Shown here: piece after piece, positions 15,001 to 30,000 of the stretch | Layout: every line of letters starts with the position of its first letter | How positions within the stretch are numbered: the stretch's first letter is position 1 | Assembly (NCBI GenBank): GCA_964016885.1 | Contig: OZ024754.1 | Location: 21,142,001-21,206,000 of the forward strand | Direction: 5' to 3' | Length of the DNA: 64,000 bases | DNA from: Eledone cirrhosa | Lineage: Eukaryota | Notes under the pieces: model-generated | Told to the model about the DNA's origin: nothing | Database searches by the model: none | The model's input: only the letters and a program-made list of their open reading frames with translations | Translations under genes and position numbers: made by a program

Positions 15001-18000
15001 ACTCCCCCCTAAAGTAGACTTGGTATTAACATAGACTCCCTCCCATATTAACCGTGGTGTTAACATAGACTCCCTCCCATATTACCCTTGGTATTAACAT
15101 AGACTCCCGCCCATGTTAGCCTTGGTATTAAGATAGACTTCCTCCCATATTAGCCTTGGTATTAACATAGACTCCCTCCCATATTACCCTTGGTATGAAC
15201 ATTGGGACTCCCTCCTAAATTAGACTTGGTATTAACATAGACTCCCTCCCATATTACCCTTGGTATTAACGTGCACTCCCTTCTATATCAGACGTGGTAT
15301 TAACATAGGGACTCCCTCCTATATTAGCCTTGGTATTAACATAGGGACTCCCTCTCATATTAGACTTGGTATTAACATAGACTCCCTCCCATATTAGACT
15401 TGGTATTAACATAGGGACTCCCTCCCATATTACCCTTGGTATTATCATAGGGACTCCCTCACATATTACCCTTGGTATTAACATAGAGACACCCTCCCAT
15501 ATTACCCTTGGTATTAACATTGGGACTCCCTCCTAAAGTAGATTTGGTATTAACATAGACTGCCTCCCATATTACCCTTGGTATTAACATAGGGACTCCC
15601 TCCCATATTACACTTGGTATTAATATAGAGACTCCCTCCCATATTACCCTTGGTATTAACATAGACTCCCTCCCATATTAGAATTGGTATTAATATAGAG
15701 ACTCCCTCCCATATTACCCTTGGTATTAACATAGACTCCCTCCCATATTAGACTTGGTATTAATATAGACTCCCTCCCATATTACCCTTGGTATTAACAT
15801 AGACTACCTCAAATATTACCCTTGGTATTAATATAGAGACTCCCTCCCATATTACCCTTGGTATTAACATAGACTCCCTCCCATATTAGACTTGGTATTA
15901 ATATAGAGACTCCCTCCCATATTACCCTTGGTATTAACATAGACTCCCTCCCATATTACCCTTGGTATTAACATAGGGACTCCCTCCCATATTACCCTTG
16001 GTATTAACATAGAGACCCCCCCCCCATATTACCCTTGGTATTAACATAGACTCCCTCCCATATTACCCTTGGTATTAACATAGACTCCCTCACATATTAC
16101 CCTTGGTTTTAACAGACTCCCTCCCATATTACCATTCGTATTAATATAGGGACTCCCTCCCATATTATCCTTGGTATTAACATAGGGACTCCCTCCCATA
16201 TTAGACTTGGTATTAACATAGACTCCCTCCCATATTACCCTTGGTATTATCATAGGGACTCCCTCCCATATTACCCGTGGTATTAACATAGACTCCCTCC
16301 CATATTACCCTTGGTATTAACATAGACTCCCTCCCATATTACCCTTGGTACTAACATAGACTCCCTCCCATATTACCCTTGGTATTAACATAGACTCCCT
16401 CCCATATTACCCTTGGTATTAACATAGACTCCCTCCCATATTAGCCTTGGTATTAACATAGCGACTTCCTCCTATATTACCCTTAGTATTAACATAGACT
16501 CCCTCCCATATTACCCTTGGTATTAACATAGACTCCCTCCCATGTTAGCCTTGGTATTAACATAGACTCCCTCCCATATTAGCCTTGGTATTAACATAGA
16601 CTCCCTCCCATATTACCCTTGGTATGAACATTGGGACTCCCTCCTAAATTAGACTTGGTATTAACATAGTCTCCCTCCCATATTACCCTTGGTATTAACA
16701 TGCACTCCCTTCTATATCAGACTTGGTATTAACATAGACTCCCTCCCATATTAGACTTGGTATTAACATAGGGACTCCCTCCCATATTACCCTTGGTATT
16801 AACATAGGGACTCCCTCACATATTACCCTTGGTATTAACATAGAGACACCCTCCCATATTACCCTTGGTATTAACATTGGGACTCCCCCCTAAAGTAGAC
16901 TTGGTATTAACATAGACTCCCTCCCATATTAACCTTGGTGTTAACATAGACTCCCTCCCATATTACCCTTGGTATTAACATAGACTCCCGCCCATGTTAG
17001 CCTTGGTATTAACATAGACTTCCTCCCATATTAGCCTTGGTATTAACATAGACTCCCTCCCATATTACCCTTGGTATGAACATTGGGACTCCCTCCTAAA
17101 TTAGACTTGGTATTAACATAGACTCCCTCCCATATTACCCTTGGTATTAACGTGCACTCCCTTCTATATCAGACGTGGTATTAACATAGGGACTCCCTCC
17201 CATATTAGCCTTGGTATTAACATAGGGACTCCCTCTCATATTAGACTTGGTATTAACATAGACTCCCTCCCATATTAGACTTGGTATTAACATAGGGACT
17301 CCCTCCCATATTACCCTTGGTATTAACATAGGGACTCCCTCACATATTACCCTTGGTATTAACATAGAGACACCCTCCCATATTACCCTTGGTATTAACA
17401 TTGGGACTCCCTCCTAAAGTAGATTTGGTATTAACATAGACTGCCTCCCATATTACCCTTGGTATTAACATAGGGACTCCCTCCCATATTACACTTGGTA
17501 TTAATATAGAGACTCCCTCCCATATTACCCTTGGTATTAACATAGACTCCCTCCCATATTAGAATTGGTATTAATATAGAGACTCCCTCCCATATTACCC
17601 TTGGTATTAACATAGACTACCTCAAATATTACCCTTGGTATTAATATAGAGACTCCCTCCCATATTACCCTTGGTATTAACATAGACTCCCTCCCATATT
17701 AGACTTGGTATTAATATAGAGACTCCCTCCCATATTACCCTTGGTATTAACATAGACTCCCTCCCATATTACCCTTGGTATTAACATAGGGACTCCCTCC
17801 CATATTACCCTTGGTATTAACATAGAGACCCCCCCCCCATATTACCCTTGGTATTAACATAGACTCCCTCCCATATTACCCTTGGTATTAACATAGACTC
17901 CCTCACATATTACCCTTGGTTTTAACAGACTCCCTCCCATATTACCATTCGTATTAATATAGGGACTCCCTCCCATATTATCCTTGGTATTAACATAGGG

Positions 18001-21000
18001 ACTCCCTCCCATATTAGACTTGGTATTAACATAGACTCCCTCCCATATTACCCTTGGTATTATCATAGGGACTCCCTCCCATATTACCCTTGGTATTAAC
18101 ATAGACTCCCTCCCATATTACCCTTGGTATTAACATAGACTCCCTCCCATATTACCCTTGGTACTAACATAGACTCCCTCCCATATTACCCTTGGTATTA
18201 ACATAGACTCCCTCCCATATTACCCTTGGTATTAACATAGACTCCCTCCCATATTAGCCTTGGTATTAACATAGGGACTTCCTCCTATATTACCCTTAGT
18301 ATTAACATAGACTCCCTCCCATATTACCCTTGGTATTAACATAGACTCCCTCCCATGTTAGCCTTGGTATTAACATAGACTCCCTCCCATATTAGCCTTG
18401 GTATTAACATAGACTCCCTCCCATATTACCCTTGGTATGAACATTGGGACTCCCTCCTAAATTAGACTTGGTATTAACATAGTCTCCCTCCCATATTACC
18501 CTTGGTATTAACATGCACTCCCTTCTATATCAGACGTGGTATTAACATAGGGACTCCCTCCCATATTAGCCTTGGTATTAACATAGGGACTCCCTCACAT
18601 ATTACCCTTGGTATTAACATAGGGACTCCCTCACATATTACCCTTGGTATTAACATAGAGACACCCTCCCATATTACCCTTGGTATTAACATTGGGACTC
18701 CCCCCTAAAGTAGACTTGGTATTAACATAGACTCCCTCCCATATTAACCTTGGTGTTAACATAGACTCCCTCCCATATTACCCTTGGTATTAACATAGAC
18801 TCCCGCCCATGTTAGCCTTGGTATTAACATAGACTTCCTCCCATATTAGCCTTGGTATTAACATAGACTCCCTCCCATATTACCCTTGGTATGAACATTG
18901 GGACTCCCTCCTAAATTAGACTTGGTATTAACATAGACTCCCTCCCATATTACCCTTGGTATGAACATTGGGACTCCCTCCTAAATTAGACTTGGTATTA
19001 ACATAGTCTCCCTCCCATATTACCCTTGGTATTAACATGCACTCCCTTCTATATCAGACGTGGTATTAACATAGGGACTCCCTCTCATATTAGCCTTGGT
19101 ATTAACATAGGGACTCCCTCTCATATTAGACTTGGTATTAACATAGACTCCCTCCCATATTAGACTTGGTATTAACATAGGGACTCCCTCCCATATTACC
19201 CTTGGTATTAACATAGGGACTCCCTCACATATTACCCTTGGTATTAACATAGAGACACCCTCCCATATTACCCTTGGTATTAACATTGGGACTCCCCCCT
19301 AAAGTAGACTTGGTATTAACATAGACTCCCTCCCATATTAACCGTGGTGTTAACATAGACTCCCTCCCATATTACCCTTGGTATTAACATAGACTCCCGC
19401 CCATGTTAGCCTTGGTATTAAGATAGACTTCCTCCCATATTAGCCTTGGTATTAACATAGACTCCCTCCCATATTACCCTTGGTATGAACATTGGGACTC
19501 CCTCCTAAATTAGACTTGGTATTAACATAGACTCCCTCCCATATTACCCTTGGTATTAACGTGCACTCCCTTCTATATCAGACGTGGTATTAACATAGGG
19601 ACTCCCTCCCATATTAGCCTTGGTATTAACATAGGGACTCCCTCTCATATTAGACTTGCTATTAACATAGACTCCCTCCCATATTAGACTTGGTATTAAC
19701 ATAGGGACTCCCTCCCATATTACCCTTGGTATTAACATAGGGACTCCCTCACATATTACCCTTGGTATTAACATAGAGACACCCTCCCATATTACCCTTG
19801 GTATTAACATTGGGACTCCCTCCTAAAGTAGATTTGGTATTAACATAGACTGCCTCCCATATTACCCTTGGTATTAACATAGGGACTCCCTCCCATATTA
19901 CACTTGGTATTAATATAGAGACTCCCTCCCATATTACCCTTGGTATTAACATAGACTCCCTCCCATATTAGAATTGGTATTAATATAGAGACTCCCTCCC
20001 ATATTACCCTTGGTATTAACATAGACTCCCTCCCATATTAGACTTGGTATTAATATAGACTCCCTCCCATATTACCCTTGGTATTAACATAGACTACCTC
20101 AAATATTACCCTTGGTATTAATATAGAGACTCCCTCCCATATTACCCTTGGTATTAACATAGACTCCCTCCCATATTAGACTTGGTATTAATATAGAGAC
20201 TCCCTCCCATATTACCCTTGGTATTAACATAGACTCCCTCCCATATTACCCTTGGTATTAACATAGGGACTCCCTCCCATATTACCCTTGGTATTAACAT
20301 AGAGACCCCCCCCCCATATTACCCTTGGTATTAACATAGACTCCCTCCCATATTACCCTTGGTATTAACATAGACTCCCTCACATATTACCCTTGGTTTT
20401 AACAGACTCCCTCCCATATTACCATTCGTATTAATATAGGGACTCCCTCCCATATTATCCTTGGTATTAACATAGGGACTCCCTCCCATATTAGATTGGT
20501 ATTAACATAGACTCCCTCCCATATTACCCTTGGTATTATCATAGGGACTCCCTCCCATATTACCCTTGGTATTAACATAGACTCCCTCCCATATTACCCT
20601 TGGTATTAACATAGACTCCCTCCCATATTACCCTTGGTACTAACATAGACTCCCTCCCATATTACCCTTGGTATTAACATAGACTCCCTCCCATATTACC
20701 CTTGGTATTAACATAGACTCCCTCCCATTTTAGCCTTGGTATTAACATAGGGACTTCCTCCTATATTACCCTTAGTATTAACATAGACTCCCTCCCATAT
20801 TACCCTTGGTATTAACATAGACTCCCTCCCATGTTAGCCTTGGTATTAACATAGACTCCCTCCCATATTACCCTTGGTATGAACATTGAGACTCCCTCCT
20901 AAATTAGACTTGGTATTAACATAGTCTCCCTCCCATATTACCCTTGGTATTAACATGCACTCCCTTCTATATCAGACTTGGTATTAACATAGACTCCCTC

Positions 21001-24000
21001 CCATATTAGACTTGGTATTAACATAGGGACTCCCTCCCATATTACCCTTGGTATTAACATAGGGACTCCCTCACATATTACCCTTGGTATTAACATAGAG
21101 ACACCCTCCCATATTACCCTTGGTATTAACATTGGGACTCCCCCCTAAAGTAGACTTGGTATTAACATAGACTCCCTCCCATATTAACCTTGGTGTTAAC
21201 ATAGACTCCCTCCCATATTACCCTTGGTATTAACATAGACTCCCGCCCATGTTAGCCTTGGTATTAACATAGACTTCCTCCCATATTAGCCTTCGTATTA
21301 ACATAGACTCCCTCCCATATTACCCTTGGTATGAACATTGGGACTCCCTCCTAAATTAGACTTGGTATTAACATAGACTCCCTCCCATATTACCCTTGGT
21401 ATTAACGTGCACTCCCTTCTATATCAGACGTGGTATTAACATAGGGACTCCCTCCCATATTAGCCTTGGTATTAACATAGGGACTCCCTCTCATATTAGA
21501 CTTGGTATTAACATAGACTCCCTCCCATATTAGACTTGGTATTAACATAGGGACTCCCTCCCATATTACCCTTGGTATTAACATAGGGACTCCCTCACAT
21601 ATTACCCTTGGTATTAACATAGAGACACCCTCCCATATTACCCTTGGTATTAACATTGGGACTCCCTCCTAAAGTAGATTTGGTATTAACATAGACTGCC
21701 TCCCATATTACCCTTGGTATTAACATAGGGACTCCCTCCCATATTACACTTGGTATTAATATAGAGACTCCCTCCCATATTACCCTTGGTATTAACATAG
21801 ACTCCCTCCCATATTAGAATTGGTATTAATATAGAGACTCCCTCCCATATTACCCTTGGTATTAACATAGACTACCTCAAATATTACCCTTGGTATTAAT
21901 ATAGAGACTCCCTCCCATATTACCCTTGGTATTAACATAGACTCCCTCCCATATTAGACTTGGTATTAATATAGAGACTCCCTCCCATATTACCCTTGGT
22001 ATTAACATAGACTCCCTCCCATATTACCCTTGGTATTAACATAGGGACTCCCTCCCATATTACCCTTGGTATTAACATAGAGACCCCCCCCATATTACCC
22101 TTGGTATTAACATAGACTCCCTCCCATATTACCCTTGGTATTAACATAGACTCCCTCACATATTACCCTTGGTTTTAACAGACTCCCTCCCATATTACCA
22201 TTCGTATTAATATAGGGACTCCCTCCCATATTATCCTTGGTATTAACATAGGGACTCCCTCCCATATTAGACTTGGTATTAACATAGACTCCCTCGCATA
22301 TTACCCTTGGTATTATCATAGGGACTCCCTCCCATATTACCCTTGGTATTAACATAGACTCCCTCCCATATTACCCTTGGTATTAACATAGACTCCCTCC
22401 CATATTACCCTTGGTACTAACATAGACTCCCTCCCATATTACCCTTGGTATTAACATAGACTCCCTCCCATATTACCCTTGGTATTAACATAGACTCCCT
22501 CCCATATTAGCCTTGGTATTAACATAGGGACTTCCTCCTATATTACCCTTAGTATTAACATAGACTCCCTCCCATATTACGCTTGGTATTAACATAGACT
22601 CCCTCCCATGTTAGCCTTGGTATTAACATAGACTCCCTCCCATATTAGCCTTGGTATTAACATAGACTCCCTCCCATATTACCCTTGGTATGAACATTGG
22701 GACTCCCTCCTAAATTAGACTTGGTATTAACATAGTCTCCCTCCCATATTACCCTTGGTATTAACATGCACTCCCTTCTATATCAGACGTGGTATTAACA
22801 TAGGGACTCCCTCCCATATTAGCCTTGGTATTAACATAGGGACTCCCTCACATATTACCCTTGGTATTAACATAGGGACTCCCTCACATATTACCCTTGG
22901 TATTAACATAGAGACACCCTCCCATATTACCCTTGGTATTAACATTGGGACTCCCCCCTAAAGTAGACTTGGTATTAACATAGACTCCCTCCCATATTAA
23001 CCTTGGTGTTAACATAGACTCCCTCCCATATTACCCTTGGTATTAACATAGACTCCCGCCCATGTTAGCCTTGGTATTAACATACACTTCCTCCCATATT
23101 AGCCTTGGTATTAACATAGACTCCCTCCCATATTACCCTTGGTATGAACATTGGGACTCCCTCCTAAATTAGACTTGGTATTAACATAGACTCCCTCCCA
23201 TATTACCCTTGGTATTAACGTGCACTCCCTTCTATATCAGACGTGGTATTAACATAGGGACTCCCTCCCATATTAGCCTTGGTATTAACATAGGGACTCC
23301 CTCTCATATTAGACTTGGTATTAACATAGACTCCCTCCCATATTAGACTTGGTATTAACATAGGGACTCCCTCCCATATTACCCTTGGTATTAACATAGG
23401 GACTCCCTCACATATTACCCTTGGTATTAACATAGAGACACCCTCCCATATTACCCTTGGTATTAACATTGGGACTCCCTCCTAAAGTAGATTTGGTATT
23501 AACATAGACTGCCTCCCATATTACCCTTGGTATTAACATAGGGACTCCCTCCCATATTACACTTGGTATTAATATAGAGACTCCCTCCCATATTACCCTT
23601 GGTATTAACATTGGGACTCCCTCCCATATTAGAATTGGTATTAATATAGAGACTCCCTCCCATATTACCCTTGGTATTAACATAGACTCCCTCCCATATT
23701 AGACTTGGTATTAATATAGACTCCCTCCCATATTACCCTTGGTATTAACATAGACTACCTCAAATATTACCCTTGGTATTAATATAGAGACTCCCTCCCA
23801 TATTACCCTTGGTATTAACATAGACTCCCTCCCATATTAGACTTGGTATTAATATAGAGACTCCCTCCCATATTACCCTTGGTATTAACATAGACTCCCT
23901 CCCATATTACCCTTGGTATTAACATAGGGACTCCCTCCCATATTACCCTTGGTATTAACATAGAGACCCCCCCCATATTACCCTTGGTATTAACATAGAC

Positions 24001-27000
24001 TCCCTCCCATATTACCCTTGGTATTAACATAGACTCCCTCACATATTACCCTTGGTTTTAACAGACTCCCTCCCATATTACCATTCGTATTAATATAGGG
24101 ACTCCCTCCCATATTAGCCTTGGTATTAACATAGGAACTCCCTCCCATATTAGCCTTGGTATTAACATAGACTCCATCCCATATTACCCTTGGTATTAAC
24201 ATAGACTCCCTCCCATATTACCCTTGGTACTAACATAGACTCCCTCCCATATTACCCTTGGTATTAACATAGGGACTCCCTCCTATATTAGACTTGGTAT
24301 TAACATAGATTCCCTCCCATATTACCCTTGGTATTAACATGCACTCCCTTCTATATTAGTCGTGGTATTAAAATAGGGACTCGCTCCCATATTACCCTTG
24401 GTATTAACATAGGGCCTCCCTCCCATATTAGACTTGGTATTAACATAGACTCCCTCCCATATTAGACTTGGTATTAACATAGACTCCCTCCCATATTACC
24501 CTTGGTATTTACATAGGGACTCCCTCACATATTACCCTTGGTATTAACATAGGGACTCCCTCCCATAATTGCCTTGGTATTAACATAGACTCCCTCCCAT
24601 ATTATCCTTGGTGTTAACATAGACTCCCTCCCATATTACCCTTGGTATTAACATAGGGACTCCCTCCCATATTTCCCTTGGTATTAACATAGGGACTCCC
24701 TCCCATATTACCCTTGCTATTAACATAGACTCCATCCCATATTACCCTTGGTATTAACATAGACTCCTTCCTATATTAGCCTTCGTATTAACATAGGGAC
24801 TCCCTCCCATATTACCCTTGGTATTAACATAGGGACTCCCTCCCATATTAGACTTGGTATTAACATAGACTCCCTCCCATATTACCCTTGGTATTATCAT
24901 AGGGACTCCCTCCCATATTACCCTTGGTATTAACATAGACTCCCTTCCATATTACCCTTGGTATTAACATAGACACCCTCCCATATTACCTTTGGTATTA
25001 TGATAGGGACACCCTCCCATATTACCCTTGGTATTAACATAGACTCCCTCCCATATTACCCTTGGTATTAACATAGACTCCCTCCCATATTAGCCTTGGT
25101 ATTAACATAGGGACTCCCTCCTATATTACCCTTAGTAGTAACATAGACTCCCTCCCATATTACCCTTGGTATTAACATAGACTCCCTCCCATGTTAGCCT
25201 TGGTATTAACATAGACTCCATCCCATATTAGCCTTGGTATTAACATAGACTCCCTCCCATATTACACCTTGGTATGAACATTGGGACTCCCTCCTAAATT
25301 AGACTTGGTATTAACATAGACTCCCTCCCATATTACCCTTGGTATTAACATGCACTCCCTTCTATATCAGACGTGGTATTAACATAGGGACTCCCTCCCA
25401 TATTAGCCTTGGTATTAACATAGGGACTCCCTCTCATATTAGACTTGGTATTAACATAGACTCCCTCCCATATTAGACTTGGTATTAACTTAGGGACTCC
25501 CTCCCATATTACCCTTGGTATTAACATAGGGACTCCCTCACATATTACCCTTGGTATTAACATAGAGACACCCTCCAATATTACCCTTGGTATTAACATT
25601 GGGACTCCCTCCCATATTACCCTTGGTATTAACATAGACTGCCTCCCATATTACCCTTGGTATTAACATAGGGACTCCCTCCCATATTACACTTGGTATT
25701 AATATAGACTCCGTCCCATATTACCCTTGGTATTAACATAGACTCCCTCCCATATTAGAATTGGTATTAATATAGAGACTCCCTCCCATATTACCCTTGG
25801 TATTAACATAGACTCCCTCCCATATTAGACTTGGTATTAATATAGAGACTCCCTCCCATATTACCCTTGGTATTAACATAGACTACCTCGCATATTACCC
25901 TTGGTATTAATATAGAGACTCCCTCCCATATTACACTTGGTATTAACATAGACTCCCTCCCATATTAGACTTGGTATTAATATAGAGACTCCCTCCCATA
26001 TTACCCTTGGTATTAACATAGACTCCCTCACATATTACCCTTGGTATTAACATAGGGACTCCCTCCCATATTACCCTTGGTACTAACATAGAGACCCCCC
26101 CCCCATATTACCCTTGGTATTAACATAGACTCCCTCCCATATTACCCTTGGTATTAACATAGACTCCCTCACATATTACCCTTGGTATTAACATAGACTC
26201 CCTCCCATATTACCGTTGGTATTAATATAGGGACTCCCTCCCATATTAGCCTTGGTATTAACATAGGGACTCCCTCCCATATTAGCCTTGGTATTAACAT
26301 AGACTCCCTTCCATATTAGCCTTCGTATTAACATAGACTCCCTCCCATATTACCCTTGGTATTAACATAGACTCCCTCCCATATTACCCTTGTTATTAAC
26401 ATAGGGACTCCCTCCCATATTTCCCTTGGTATTAACATAGGGACTCCCTCCCATATTACCCTTGGTATTAACATAGACTCCCTCCCATATTACCCTTGGT
26501 ATTAACATAGACTCCCTCCCATATTAGCCTTCGTATTAACATAGGGACTCCCTCCCATATTATCCTTGGTATTAACATAGGGAGTCCCTCCCATATTAGA
26601 CTTGGTATTAACATAGACTCCCTCCCATATTACCCTTGGTATTATCATAGGGACTCCCTCCCATATTACCCTTGGTATTAACATAGACTCCCTCCCATAT
26701 TACCCTTGGTATTAACATAGACGCCCTCCCATATTACCCTTGGTACTAACATAGACTCCCACCCATATTACCCTTGGTATTAACATAGACTCCCTCCCAT
26801 ATTACCCTTGGTATTAACATAGACTCCCTCCCATATTAGCCTTGGTATTAACATAGGGACTCTCTCCTATATTACCCTTAGTATTAACATAGACTCCCTC
26901 CCATATTAGCCTGGGTATTAACATAGGGACTCCCTCTCATATTAGACTTGGTATTAACATAGACTCCCTCCCATATTAGACTTGGTATTAACTTAGGGAC

Positions 27001-30000
27001 TCCCTCCCATATTACCCTTGGTATTAACATAGGGACTCCCTCACATATTACCCTTGGTATTAACATAGAGACACCCTCCCATATTACCCTTGGTATTAAC
27101 ATTGGGACTCCCTCCCATATTACCCTTGGTATTAACATAGACTGCCTCCCATATTACCCTTGGTATTAACATAGGGACTCCCTCCCATATTACACTTGGT
27201 ATTAATATAGACTCCGTCCCATATTACCCTTGGTATTAACATAGACTCCCTCCCATATTAGAATTGGTATTAATATAGAGACTCCCTCCCATATTACCCT
27301 TGGTATTAACATAGACTCCCTCCCATATTAGACTTGGTATTAATATAGAGACTCCCTCCCATATTACCCTTGGTATTAACATAGACTACCTCGCATATTA
27401 CCCTTGGTATTAATATAGAGACTCCCTCCCATATTACCCTTGGTATTAACATAGACTCCCTCCCATATTAGACTTGGTATTAATATAGAGACTCCCTCCC
27501 ATATTACCCTTGGTATTAACATAGACTCCCTCACATATTACCCTTGGTATTAACATAGGGACTCCCTCCCATATTACCCTTGGTACTAACATAGAGACCC
27601 CCCCCCATATTACCCTTGGTATTAACATAGACTCCCTCACATATTACCCTTGGTATTAACATAGACTCCCTCCCATATTACCGTTGGTATTAATATAGGG
27701 ACTCCCTCCCATATTAGCATTGGTATTAACATAGGGACTCCCTCCCATATTAGCCTTGGTATTAACATAGACTCCCTTCCATATTAGCCTTCGTATTAAC
27801 ATAGACTCCCTCCCATATTACCCTTGGTATTAACATAGACTCCCTCCCATATTACCCTTGTTATTAACATAGGGACTCCCTCCCATATTTCCCTTGGTAT
27901 TAACATAGGGACTCCCTCCCATATTACCCTTGGTATTAACATAGACTCCCTCCCATATTACCCTTGGTATTAACATAGACTCCCTCCCATATTAGCCTTC
28001 GTATTAACATAGGGACTCCCTCCCATATTATCCTTGGTATTAACATAGGGACTCCCTCCCATATTAGACTTGGTATTAACATAGACTCCCTCCCATATTA
28101 CCCTTGGTATTATCATAGGGACTCCCTCCCATATTACCCTTGGTATTAACATAGACTCCCTCCCATATTACCCTTGGTATTAACATAGACTCCCTCCCAT
28201 ATTACGCTTGGTACTAACATAGACTCCCTCCCATATTACCCTTGGTATTAACATAGACTCCCTCCCATATTACCCTTGGTATTAACATAGACTCCCTCCC
28301 ATATTAGCCTTGGTATTAACATAGGGACTCTCTCCTATATTACCCTTAGTATTAACATAGACTCCCTCCCATATTACCCTTGGTATTAACATAGACTCCC
28401 TCCCATGTTAGTCTTGGTATTAACATAGACTCCCTCCCATATTAGCCTTGGTATTAACATAGACTCCCTCCCATATTACCCTTGGTATGAACATTGGGAC
28501 TCCCTCCTAAATTAGACTTGGTATTAACATAGACTCCCTCCCATATTACCCTTGGTATTAACATGCACTCCCTTCTATATAAGATGTGGTATTAACATAG
28601 GGACTCCCTCCCATATTAGCCTTCGTATTAACATAGGGACTCCCTCCCATATTAGACTTGGTATTAACATAGACTTCCTCCCATATTACCCTTGGTATTA
28701 TCATAGGGACTCCCTCCCATATTACCCTTGGTATTAATATAGAGACTCCCTCCCATATTACCCTTGGTATTAACATAGACTCCCTCCCATATTAGAATTG
28801 GTATTAATATAGAGACTCCCTCCCATATTACCCTTGGTATTAACATAGACTCCCTTCCATATTAGACTTGGTATTAATATAGAGACTCCCTCCCATATTA
28901 CCCTTGGTATTAACATAGACTACCTCGCATATTACCCTTGGTATTCATATAGAGACTCCCTCCCATATTACCCTTGGTATTAACATAGACTCCCTCCCAT
29001 ATTAGACTTGGTATTAATATAGAGACTCCCTCCCATATTACCCTTGGTATTAACATAGACTCCCTCCCATATTACCCTTGGTATTAACATAGGGACTCCC
29101 TCCCATATTACCCTTGGTATTAACATAGAGACCCCCCCCCATATTACCCTTGGTATTAACATAGACTCCCTCCCATATTACTCTTGGTATTAACATAGAC
29201 TCCCTCACATATTACCCTTGGTATTAACATAGACTCCCTCCCATATTACCGTTGGTATTAATATAGGGACTCCCTCCCATATTAGCCTTGGTATTAACAT
29301 AGGGACTCCCTCCCATATTAGCCTTGGTATTAACATAGACTCCCTCCCATATTACCCTTGGTATTAACATAGACTCCCTCCCATATTACCCTTGGTATTA
29401 ACATAGACTCCCTCCCATATTACCCTTGGTATTAACATAGGGACTCCCTCCCATATTGCCTTTGCTATTAACATAGGGACTCCCTCCCATATTACCCTTG
29501 GTATTAACATAGACTGCCTCCCATATTACCCTTGGTATTAACATAGACTCCCTCCCATATTAGCCTTCGTATTAACATAGGGACTCCCTCCCATATTACC
29601 CTTGGTATTAACATAGACTCCCTTCCATATTACCTTTGGTATTATGATAGGGACACCCTCCCATATTACCCTTGGTATTAACATAGACTCCCTCCCATAT
29701 TACCCTTGGTATTAACATAGATTCCCTCCCATATTAGCCTTGGTATTAACATAGGGACTCCCTCCTATATTACCCTTAGTATTAACATAGACTCCCTCCC
29801 ATATTACCCTTGGTATTAACATAGACACCCTCCCATGTTAGCCTTGGTATTAACATAGACTCCCTCCCATATTAGCCTTGGTATTAACATAGACTCCCTC
29901 CCATATTACCCTTGGTATGAACATTGGGACTCCCTCCTAAATTAGACTTGGTATTAACATAGTCTCCCTCCCATATTACCCTTGGTATTAACATGCACTC